64,000 bases of DNA, taken from contig CM120640.1 in NCBI GenBank assembly GCA_051362555.1, forward strand, positions 6,138,001-6,202,000, written 5' to 3'. The DNA comes from Lingula anatina (lineage: Eukaryota > Animalia > Brachiopoda). This document shows positions 49,912 through 62,100 of the stretch, piece by piece (within the stretch, counting starts at the first letter, position 1; each line of letters starts with the position of its first letter). Below the pieces are notes generated by a model. It made no database searches. It had not been told where the DNA came from and saw only the letters and a program-made list of their open reading frames with translations. A program made the position numbers and the translations under genes.

Positions 49912-50928
49912 GTAAGGTTGCAAGGTATGGTAACAAAGAGAACAAAAGACAACTTTTGTCATTATTTCAGAGTTATTCAAGTGGCGGATGATATCTGGGG
50001 TGTGAAAATATCGGGATAGGCAGTAGTATCGGTCTTTAACAAGTTTACTTTTCGGGGTTTTTTTTTTACTGTTGTTACTTTGTGCTGCTAGAGTGGCGAC
50101 GCCACAACAGAAGATCTAAATGCCAGCGAAATGTTACTGCTAGTTAGAGTATAACTGGTAAAAAGTGCCAGTTGTGATATTATGAAATTTTGGAACCTAC
50201 ATGTACATGCTCAGACCTTCATATTTGCCAGAATTTATAATTTACCTACAGGGCGTTTTCGCTTTTATAAAAATAAGCTTCTGCGTCTCTCGTTCTCTCT
50301 CTGGAGAGAGAGAGAAAGAAAATATAGTATAGAGTACATCAAGCACAACAAAATAAGTTAAAAAATACAATTTGTCTTTCCTTAGAGCAAAACGACTTCA
50401 GTGGGGTGCAAGGAAACTGAGGAAACACACCCTGGATTCCTCCTAATCAATTAAAAACTTAATATGTGGCAGTGGTTAAACATGTAGTTATTTCTCAATA
50501 TTATTTGTGTACTGGCCCCTCACTAGCACGGAAATTCATGCGTTAGCCCCTCATACTTCAGAAATTGCCAGACTGCATTTTTTAAAAAGGAAAGGAAAAA
50601 TATTTGGGGGTATGTCCCCCTCTTTTTTCAAGCAATACTGTGACAAGCATGTGCAGTAGGTATAATTACACACAAACTAAAAAATGACTGGGTGGTGTGA
50701 GGGGTGAGGGCCAGGGGGATATACTGATAAAGCAGGGGTGGATCCAGAGATATGTTCTGACAGTCTTCCAAATTATCGTTGTTGCTCCATCCTCCATTTT
50801 TGACCGTCTTCCGACATAAAAAATTATATACCCGTCAATGTAAACTTGAAAATCTGACCGTCTTCAGGAAGACCCAGAAGACGGCCTAAATCCGCCCCTG
50901 TAAATTGGGAGGGGTGTCAATATTGTGA

Positions 50929-52351
50929 ATATGGGCATTTTTACAGTCCTGGGCACTTTTCAGATTTTCCCACATATTGCTAATTAACAAATTACATACA
51001 TATGATCAAAGAATTCTTTTATCACTATGTTAGAGAATGGTGTAAGTGAAGATAAACTCTGAAAATAAAAACCAAATATCACCACTGAGTCCAAAGTTAT
51101 GGTAAAGCAAAGCCCAAAAAATGACCAAAATTTTTTCCCGTTTTAGTCATATGAAATAAAAAGCAATCTGAAATAAATTAAAACAGTGTTTGACATTGCA
51201 TATTTTTGGATTATAAAACACTCAGTAGTATGGTGGAAGCAAAAAAGTTTAAATATTAACAGGAGAGAGGTGTATCCTAGAAAAAAAAGTCTTTAAATGG
51301 CATGCTGGTATTTCCGTTAAACGAAATGTCCATTCCGAAACAAAAATAAATGACTTTCAGAAAATATATCATAAAACATACAGTATAATTAAGCATCCTA
51401 ATCATTGTTTGGATGTAAAATCTGCGCGATGATTCTGGAGCTTGACATGGAGTGCAAAATAACCCTACCGTGTTTTTCCGTTAAATTTGTCCATTCCGAA
51501 ACATTGGGTTTCTCTTACATAAAAAGAACATGTTGACACCTAGCCTGTAACAATAAATATTTCTCTAAAGCCCAGGACATGTGATATTTATTTTTATATA
51601 AGAAAACCCCAGTGCACAGAAACCCATTTAACTGTGGCCTTTTTTGAGATGCTTGTTAAAAATTGTCCATTCCGAAACAAAGTACCTTTACATTACCAAT
51701 GTTATAAATAGAGAGAATTCTGTCTTTAATGCTCTATTTACTTGACATGAGCAAATTACTGTTAGAGCATCATACATGTGACATAAAAATAATAGAAAAT
51801 CAATGGCAATTGAAAATCAATTCTTCAATGGCATCTTTTTAAATTTCTATATATATCCTCAACAAAAAAATTCATTTTTGCGAGTCAGCATCTTTTCTTT
51901 GGATCTACTAGAACTTCCATTGCATATTTCCCCAAAGTTCATGTATTTCAAAGTTAAATTAACAATTAATTGAAGAGAATATATCAGTATAAATAGAAAT
52001 ATAGGCAATTAGGATGCTTTGTATCGGAAAGGACATTTTTTAACACATTGTCTAAAACATTTGTTTACTCTTTGGTCTGCTCATCTATTTATTATTCATG
52101 AGGAAGAGGATGATGGGAAGCATATCAAATTTATGTAGAATATAATTTTGAATAATATAGCTTACCTTTCTTTAAATATTGCTTACTTATAATGTACATA
52201 AAAGTACTCGAAAATAGTTATGAGGCTACACGTGTTAAAGTTGCAAGAGTCAGTTCACTGGCACGGTTTACAGAGGCGCTTGCAGGCAGACACAGGTTAT
52301 AATTAACTTCCTGTGATTATTTATAACGTATACATACATGATCATGATACA

Positions 52352-52409
<58 letters not shown>

Positions 52410-53719
52410 AGCAATTTCGTAAATGTTAAATAAATGTCAATTCCGAAACACAGGACATGCCAAAAAGTACATATTTAAAAATGTAATTACTTAATTTAAA
52501 CCTGACCTTGTCAAATAATATTTTATACAGCTATGAGCTGTAACAAAAGGAAGTAGAATAGGGTATAATGGAGTGCAGAAGACTCTATTTTATGTCATGA
52601 TCAAATACTTATGGAGTAACATTTCAAAAAAGAATAAAAAACTATCCAATATGACCAATTAATGTAATAAAAACAGTTCAGTTTTAATCTAGTTTACTCA
52701 TATTTTGTCCAATGATTGCTTCACCTGTACCTTGTAAACCAACATACTATGAGATCTTAAGGCAATTTCATAAATGTTAAATAAATGTCCATTCCGAAAC
52801 AAGGGCATGTCTAAAAGGACATATTTTTAAACATGTCTTTACTGTTGGTAAATCTGACATTGTCAAATAATATTTTATACAGCTATGAACTGTAACAAAA
52901 GAAACTGGAATAAGGTATAATGGCATAAAGAATACCTGGAATATATCTCAGAATCAATATTTAATAAAATTAAATTCCAGTAATGAATTACTAGTACAGA
53001 ATAGACAAAACAAGCACAAAATGTAATAAAAAGACTTCAATTTTAGTTCAGCTTCCACCTATTTTCCCCAGTTATTCATAGACTTTACCTAAAACTTATA
53101 AACTCAAATACTACAATATATTTAAACAATATCATAAATGTTTAAAAAAATGTCCTTTCCGAAACAGGGATGTTTCGGAAAGGACATTTATTTTAACATG
53201 ACACTGCAATTAGTACACATGTCTGTGCAAAATAATATTTTACACAATCATGAAGCATAACATAAAGAACTTATGCAAGGTAAAGTGAAGTACAGAAGTT
53301 CTCAGAATATCTCAGAATCAAAAACTTCATGTAGTCACATTTAATACTGAAACAGGAAAATTACAAAAATATCATTGATTCGTCAAATTTTGGATATTTT
53401 CATCCATTTTTTTTTTGCAAATACATAAAAGAGCAATACTCTCTGAGTAAAACTAAATGGTTTTTTGGAGCTCAATACCTTCTATTACCATAAAAGTCAC
53501 ACACTTCAAGGTTTAGCTTATGAAAATAAAAAAAATGATTTTCAAAATTCAAATAATCATATCTTTATACATACACAAGGTTTTATCTCGGGATTGTCAT
53601 TTCTTATACCCTTCAGGTCTATACTTTCAAGAAAAGTACAAATTTCAACACAATAATGACTTCTATTTTTGACCCTTGGTGGGAAAAAAAGGAGCCCAGG
53701 ATTGTAAAAATGCCCATAT
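50929..53719. mobile_element. 2.8-kb non-autonomous TIR element with internal tandem repeats
   Basis: TIR ATATGGGCATTTTTACAGTCCTGGGC / GCCCAGGATTGTAAAAATGCCCATAT. Repeated TGTCCATTCCGAAACA motif; units of about 350-370 nt at about 52410, 52760 and 53125. Confidence 0.8.
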
Positions 53720-53810
53720 ATAGAACCTTCAAAAGGTGTGCCTGAGCCAGCTGCCCAATAAATGTATACATACATAAAGAAAATACCCTAAGTCTCATAA
53801 TGGCAAGAGA

Positions 53811-53966
53811 CAGTGTTTGCCTCTTAGGAAAATTAGTTGCTGGACCAAAAGTCCAGCCATCTTGAAAAGTAGCTGGACTGAATGTCTGCTGGGTGGGAAA
53901 ACTTCTCAGCCTGTTCTGAAAATTGTCAGCCCCGGGCAGACGGTCCAGCCTTAATTTCTAACACTG
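53811..53966. mobile_element. hAT MITE
   Basis: CAGTGTT / AACACTG termini with the 8-bp duplication GCAAGAGA. Confidence 0.85.
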
Positions 53967-54524
53967 GCAAGAGATATTTTTCTTTCAAGTCTGGACCAAA
54001 ATGATCAGGAATGTGAAATGACCTGGCTCACCAGACTGCTGCTATCCCATACATGCATGCATAGTCCATGCTTTGGTTGACTATACTATCTTAACTTAGT
54101 CAAAGGGTCAGTTTCACAAATTTAATTAAGTTTAAATTGGACTTGGCAAAACATGCTAAAAATTTGAGTCAAGTAAGTTGCTTTTCACAAAATAAACCTC
54201 ATTTTTAACAGAACCTCCAGAGCAAATTGTGATTCTCATTTAGAAATTATTTCAATTTCCAGTGGCAGTCTGTGATGATAACCACTGGCTCCAAGTCATA
54301 TACCATTAAAACCAACTGAAGCCAGGTCAGTAATTTTTTGTATGTTGTCACAGTTTTGGTTTTGGTTTTTGGAGAGTGTACATTCTTAGTCTCTGGTGTC
54401 ACAGACTGATGTGGTATGTGACAGAAGTCTATTTGGGTTTGTTAGCCATATTGTTGTTTGTTAACAATCATCTGTAAAATTCTTGCAGGCCATCACAAAG
54501 GTTTCTTTACAGAGTTGACTATCT

Positions 54525-55545
54525 GGGGCCGTAGCGATAGTCCGAAGGTTCAATAGTCCGAAGGTTCATTGGTCCGAAGGTTCAATGGTCCGAATGTGCA
54601 TTGAAGGTTCATTGGTCCGAAGGTTCGATAGTCCGAAGGTGCATTAATTGGTCCGAAGGTTCATTAGTCCGAAGGTTCGATAGTCCGAAGGTTCGATAGT
54701 CTGAATGTAGGCCCGCTGTATAAGTGTATAGTGAATTACATGTACAGGGGCGGATCCAAGATTATTTGAAGGGGGGTCCGCGGAGGCAAAGCCCCCACCC
54801 CCTTGGCGTAGGATCTGGGGCCCGCTAAAGGGCCCCGAAAATTGTTGGTGTCTCAAAATGACCACCTATTTATCTAGAGACACATCTGTGAATATCTGTA
54901 AAAAATCTATCAGTCGCCCTGGTAGAGGGTTTAAAAGTTAGGTCTGCACGGGCAAAAATAACGTCAATACTAGCATATTACATTAGTTACAAAAAAAAAA
55001 AAAAAAAAAAAAGATCTTGATGTTTTTCATGGGATTGGAAGTTGACGATATTTAACTGCAAAGGTTTATTTTGTAAAATCAAATGGAAATTTTCTCACGA
55101 GTCACGAGTGTATCTACTTTTTGCATAGTATGTTTTTCTTTGTTTAAATGAATTTGTTACAAAGACAGCATTTTTGATGTTGTTCATCAGATTAGAAGTT
55201 TAACTGTTTTAGAATATTTCAACATGTTCAAACTGCCTTCTCACTTGTATTTTACGTTTAAAAAATAAATAAATAAATAAATAAATAGGCCCACCGGGTT
55301 GATATGGCGTTGCCACATTTCTATTTCAGATTATAAACGTTTCAGCACCTTCAGTATTGCTGGGGAAGAGGGGGTGGAATTAAATATGTATTACTATTTG
55401 TGGATATTTGAGCATATTACTGTATTCTGATACAATTTTTATGTTTAAAGCCCTAGTAAGGGAAAAGTTTGTTTTCGTAAATGCTCGTAATTTTTGTTTA
55501 TATGCCAAGTTGACACTCCAGTTAATTCATCCTCATCCCTATGAG

Positions 55546-55576
<31 letters not shown>

Positions 55577-57101
55577 GGGAGGGTAGGGGAGTGGGCTGTG
55601 CGAACAACAACATAGTTTGTTTGGAAATGCAATTATTCTATAACTTTTACATAATTAAAGTAATGTGTAGGTTAGAAGAATTTGAATTCTAATCATAGTA
55701 TCTTAAGACATCGTAAGAAACTCAAACTAATTGTAAAAATTCTCTTGGATAGTTTGGATTGATGGACTGGTAAAGTCAGTCCAGGAAAATTGCCGTTTAC
55801 CCGTGTGAAATTTGTTTTCTAAGGGAGTTTGCGCCTTTTCAGAGCTAACCATACCTATACGGTAATAAATATCAGGTTGTAATTAAATCATTAATTAAGT
55901 GGGTCAGTACTAGCAGTCAGACTATTACTCGAAAGCCCCATACATGTACCTCGAGTTGATATCGGCATTTTAGCCAGGCCCATTACTATGTCAGATATAT
56001 GGATCTAGTGGTACCTGGTTCTAAAGATCTAAAGGTTTATAGGAATCTGTTGGTGGATCTGTCGGCACGTAAATTTAACGAGACGTAAATCTATTGAGAC
56101 GTTTACGGGACGAATATTTTATTAGGACGTTTATCTATATGGCAGACCCCAAAATCGCACGTCTCACTTGCGAGATCTACGAGATGCCAGTCTAGGTGAA
56201 GAAACGGTAACGGTTAATTGTATCCCCCATGACGCGGAACTGGCGGAGGCCGTACGAGATGGGTCGGGATTAAGCCCATGTCTACCGCCACGCTCACGCT
56301 GGTGGTACGGTTATTGGTCGCTGGAGGGTGGAGTTGTCTGTTAACTGCCTTTCTTGAACCGACCTATTCATCCAGTCTTGAAAAGTTGATTATCACTGAT
56401 TTTTTACGAAACTGTTGACTTTATATTCATGAGTACAGGGTGGACGTGAATCGCAATTGGTCTCTAGAAAAACGGGACTCTCCCGCAATCCAAAAAAATT
56501 CGTAATTGAAACACCCGTTTTTTTCTTTTGAAAATAATCAGTGTGCGCTTAAAGGTAGCCTTGATGGAGCGTAAAACCACTTTTATCAGTTTCTTATACA
56601 ATTTAAAAATAATAGCACAGGCCATTCGATTAAATGTCATTATAGGCGTCCTCTCATTTTATGCGTTCCAATCTTTATTCAATATTTCATGTGAAACGTA
56701 TGGTGTTCATGAGTTGGAAAGGGTAGCCATTGCATATCCCCAAACTTCCCCACATTGTAAAGAGTAGTTCACGGAAACAATACGACCTATATGGATAATT
56801 TTCACGTGCGTTTCGGACGCACTCAAAACGAAATGATAAAGATTCTAGAAGCTGAGTTCACACGAAAGTTAATCACCCCCTAGCAGCTCCAGGATTGCTA
56901 ATCTGATTGCATACAGTGAGAATCCTGGTGGAGTTGGATCAATCTACGTAGAATGATAGTTTCGTTGGGAACGCACCCTTAGATTCCGTTTGTAATTATA
57001 ATTCTTAAAATCGAAGAACATCTTAAAATGTTTCGGACTATCGAACCTTCGGACCAATGAACCTTCGGACCAATGAACCTTCGGACTATCGAGACGCCAC
57101 C
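54525..57101. mobile_element. 2.6-kb TIR element with minisatellite-like ends and nested fragments
   Basis: 8-bp duplication GACTATCT (54517-54524, 57102-57109). Tandem 16-17-nt GTCCGAAGGTTC units at the left end, and inverted at the right end. Confidence 0.85.
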
Positions 57102-57149
57102 GACTATCTGATTGTAGTAGTTTAAGCTCAGAAAATTAATGACTTATGT

Positions 57150-57470
57150 CAGGCCTACCCAACTACCAGACTCTGCATGGAATGATCCCGAATTCACTGG
57201 TAGATTGGACCACGTACACTACCAGTTTTGAAGGTGTGTGTCAGTACGCATTCCACAATATCATACCCCAGAACAAATTTTGAGTGGTGATGCAATACTT
57301 TCCGACCCCCCTGAGAATCATCACTATCACATTGCATACTGGGCAAGAGCAGTGTGGTGTCTGATACTCCAAAGCAGTACTGATACACACCTTGAAAACG
57401 GGTAGTGTGGTCTGATCAACCGGTGAATTCAGGATCATTCAGTGCTGTGTCTGGTAATTGGGTAGGCCTG
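57150..57470. mobile_element. Fold-back MITE with 5-bp target duplication
   Basis: Arms of about 100 nt (CAGGCCTACCCAACTACCAGAC / GTCTGGTAATTGGGTAGGCCTG), flanked by TATGT. Confidence 0.85.
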
Positions 57471-57912
57471 TATGTACTGTAAAATGGCTTTGATGATGAT
57501 TTATGGTGACCATAATGGCCAGTGCTGATTGAGGGATACCCTTTACCAGGGCCACAGATTGACTTTTCACAGGATATTCACAGATATGTCTTTAGATAAA
57601 TAGGTAGTCATTTTACTATCTCTGGATTTTCCCATTTTTCTCTATATAATATGCCACCCTGGTGGAGGGTAATCGAGCAACAGGCTATGAGAAGAGGCAA
57701 GTCATTGTCAACAGGCCTAATTTTCTTGAACTCCAGGTGTGCAAAAAAGATGAAACAATTATAAATTGAATAATAAGTTTTTTTTTGATGAAAGATATCG
57801 ATTTCTAGTCACCTTAATCTTACATGTGTTATATTTGTAAAAAGTTGTGGAACACATTGGTACAACTGATTACAAATGAGTACTCACTTTTATCTTTTTT
57901 TTTTTTTTTCAG

Positions 57913-58059
57913 ATGCCAGTTTGTTAGTTTACATGACTGCTGTGCCTATTGTGTTAACTTGTTTAGTTTGGAGTAATTGAACACCAGGTGTGTAAACTTG
58001 CCTATAAATTGAAGTTTTGATCTCAAAGAATCATTAAATTGCAGTACAGTACTTTTAAT
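57913..58059 (+). other. Possible 5' UTR exon of the helicase gene
   Basis: Long T-tract plus CAG acceptor, and a GTAAGT donor at about 58060. Confidence 0.4.
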
Positions 58060-58122
58060 GTAAGTGTCCATACAATATGTGAATAATTAAAAAGTTACAA
58101 GGAAAGAGCAAGGAAGAAACCC

Positions 58123-58162
<40 letters not shown>

Positions 58163-59117
58163 TGCAAAGGTAAAAATTAGATTCTGGTAATCATTTGCTT
58201 GTTCTGTACTCTATTATTTTCTTTGGTCACAGAATTTTGATGTGTTCAAATGTATCTAAATTTATGATATATTAATTGCTATATTATCTTTCCAATATAT
58301 GCTTAACTTAGAGTGTTGATACATGTATATGAGAACAGTTACTAAGAAGTAAAATGAAAATGTTATTGACATTTTTATATAACATGTAAGCATTCTGATA
58401 GTATATGTTATGATAGCTACATGTAGTTTTTTTACTGTCATCTGCTAGATATTTAAGGGAACATTGTTTATTTATATATATACACTACGTTTGATACTGT
58501 TTACAGGTATTGTGTTAGTGTGATATTTATTCATAATGATTTCTACACAGTAAAAAACATTTGAGTTAAATTTCCTTGTTTATCAACTTTATGTAATAAA
58601 CACAGGCGCATAGCCAGTGATTTCAAGGGGGGGGGGGTCTTTTACTGAAAAAGTGGACCTTTTACCATGAAACTTTCATACATAGATAAAATTTTACCTA
58701 GAAGTGGGGTTCTTACAAACCCCCCCAAACCTCCCTGGCTACAGGCCTGAAACGTGTCGTAAAATAAAAGAATGCTTATGATTGTTTGCCAATGCAATAC
58801 AGCTAGGACTTATCAGTTGCTTCTTGAAATGACCCACAGTTTTTGCTTAAAAAACCTCTGATAAAGGTCAAGTTCTTTCTTTTGCTGATTTGACAAAAAA
58901 CAGTTGCAGAAAACCAGTCTAAGATTATTAACAGTTTATGATTATGGTAGTGGTAAGTTGCATGCCAGGAATGTCTGTCTAATGCATTCTTGGTCATCAT
59001 TTTTGCCAAGTGAAATAATGTAGAAATATCCTTGACATTTTTACTTATTTGTGATTATATGTTTATCATAAAATTTATAATATAATGCTTACGTAAACCT
59101 TTTGTCATTTCAGAACT

Positions 59118-62100
59118 ATGTCATCTGACAGAAGTGATTTTAAGTCCATAAAGTCACCTAACACAGATCAAGTGCCATCGCTTGCTGGAACATATGGTGG
59201 GGAAAAAACTTTAGACAAAGGTAAAAGACTGCTTAAACCTAGTTATAGACAAAATGACCCACAGCAACTTGTCCCACCTTCAACCTCAAATGTGGTTTAT
59301 CCACCCAGAACCAGAAAGAAAAACAAAAAGCATGAAGATAATTCCAAAACCACCTTGCAGACAGATGCCAGGATTTCCCCTAAAGCATGCAAACCCATTC
59401 CTGCTGAAGTTTTGGTGAAATTGAAAGAGAAAATTTTGCTTAACGATGAAGAGAGAGTGAAGCCACATTTTCAGCACATTATGTCTCAGACCATAGACTT
59501 TGAAGCCAAACTAGTCTCAGAGATGGCAAGTGACTCATCAACACAGGTTCTTCTTGTCTTTCCTAGCAAGAATCTAGCCAAACGGGCTCTCAGCTCTTTG
59601 CAAAAGTTAATTCATGTTAAGGATTCTACCATTGAAAGTGTAAAATTCAAGCAGTGCGATGAAGATACAGATGAGACAAAGGCTCTACTCCAGAAACAAG
59701 AGATTGAAGTCCAGGAGAAAGGGGACAAACTTCTTGATGAACACTCAAAAAAGATTTCTGAGGTGGCCAATCTTTTGAAGAAAACCCACGTTCAGCGACA
59801 TGTGCCCTTGGCTGAGTATGAGCGCATAACTTCAGAGAAGGCAGCACTTCAAGACAAACTTTCAGAGTTGAACAACCAGAAGAAGGAGTTTGAAGACTTC
59901 TTGAAAAGGACCAAGAATCATTTCAGGGAAATCCAACCATCAAAACATTTTCATGAGGATATATTTGAAATAAGGAAAGCATTTGGTCGAGAGTGCCACA
60001 GGTTCACTTCAGCCCTGCCAATGTATGCCAGACGAGGGGACATCTTGAATACAGTGATGAACAACCAGGTATCTGTGATACTTGGAGAAACAGGTTCTGG
60101 TAAAAGCACCCAGCTGGTGCAATACTTACACCAAGTTGGACTAGGGAAAAAGGGAATCATAGCATGCACCCAACCAAGAAAAGTGGCAGCCATTAGCCTT
60201 GCCAGACACGTCTCCTCAGAAATGGGATGTGCAGTTGGGGATGAAGTTGGGTATCAAGTGGGGATGCAGAAGAAGAGAGGTCCAAATACATCCATTGTTT
60301 ACATGACAGATCATGTCCTTCTGAATGAATGTCTCAAGGATAACCTTCTGAATTGCTACTCTGTCATTATCATCGATGAAGCTCATGAACGCAGTATACA
60401 TACAGACCTACTGATTGGTATGGTGAAGTCCTGCTTGAAGCAACGCCCAGAACTTAAGGTTATAATAACTTCTGCAACAATTGACCCTGATGTTTTTGTC
60501 TGTTATTTTGGTGGATGTCCAGTTCTGCAAGTCTCTGGACGCACATTTCCAGTTGAAGTTGTTTGGAAAGATACTCCAAGGCAACCTAATTCAGACTATG
60601 TGCGCGAGACTGTTGTGAAAGCCATTGAAGTACACCAAACAGAGCCTGAGGGTGACATACTGGCCTTCTTGACATCACCAACAGAAACAGAAAAGGCTTT
60701 TGTTATATTAGAGGCACAGTTACCATTCCCTGATGAGGTTATTTGCTTACAGCTCCATGGCAGACTACAAAGTGATGAACAAAACAAAGTTTTTGAGCAA
60801 ACTCCCGTAGGAAAACGAAAGATAGTTTTTGCTACCAACAGTGCAGAAACTTCTATCACCATCCCAGGTATTAAGTATGTCATTGATTCAGGGCTTGTCA
60901 AAGAAGTGAGATATGATCCAAAGAAAAACAGATCCTCGCTGGATGTTATGACTGTGAACCAAAGCTCAGCAGAGCAAAGAAAGGGGCGAGCTGGAAGAAT
61001 ATCTTCAGGCAAATGTTTCAGATTGTACACCAAAGAAGAGTATGAATCATCGGAAAGAATATCTACACCAGAGATCCTAAGAGTTCATGTCAGTGGGGCT
61101 CTTCTAAAACTTCTTGAGATTGGCATTCCTAATCCATTAGAATTTGATTATGTTCAGCCACCCCCACTGGAGGCCCTTGAGTATGGTATGAGGTCCCTGC
61201 GTGAGCTAGGAGCAGTTGATGACCAGGGCATCACAGAAGTAGGAAAGCAGATGGCCAAACTTCCATTGGAACCCCATCTATCACGCCTGGTGCTCTTAGG
61301 AATAGAAGAAGGTATAGGCTTTGAAGCTCTTGTTTTAGCTGCAGTCACATCCACCTCGAGCAATATCTTTTTTCGCAAAGGTACAGAAGATGAGAAGGAA
61401 ATGGCAGACAAACTGAAGACCACTTTTTGTCATCAAGGTGGAGACAGTGTGACTTTTGTTAATGTTTACAGAGAATGGAATAAAATACCAGACAAGCAGA
61501 AAAGCAGGTGGTGTGTAGGAAACTTCATCAATGCAAAGGCCATGCGCTGCAGTCGAGATGCAGTACAAGAGATGATTAAAATTGTGAAATCAGAAATCGG
61601 TTTAAAAGTGCCATATGCATTTCACTCAGAAGAAGAAATGGTTCAGAAATTACCTCCAATACTTTTCAAAACATATGGAGCAAGACACCTCTGTCTGTAT
61701 CTAGGGCACAGTAAAGCAGGGTACTTGGTTGCAAGGCTAGGCCAGGCTGTCCAAATCCATCCTTCCTCTGCCTTGAAATATCTGGGATCCTCTCCAAAGT
61801 GGCTAGTGTACCAGTCTCTGCTTTCTACATCGCAAGATTTTGCAATGAACTTGACACCTGTTGAGGAGGGACTAGTTGTTGAGGCTACAGAGTCTGGTCT
61901 GTTAAACATTGACCTCGAGCAACTCGAAGCACAGACCCTTTCTGCTGTTTCACTTTTCTATGGAAGAGAACTTATGCAAAAGTTGATTGGTCCAAAATTT
62001 TCCACACTGTGTGGCTTGCAGAAGAAGATATCTGCTGAAATAGGTGGAGGAATGGTGATTATTGATCCAATTCGAGTTACAGGGGAGGTGAAGGTGTACT

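Noticed and set aside
54535-54705. CRISPR-like repeat array
   Set aside because: Contiguous 16-17-nt units without unique spacers, mirrored at 57030-57095 as transposon ends, in a eukaryotic context.
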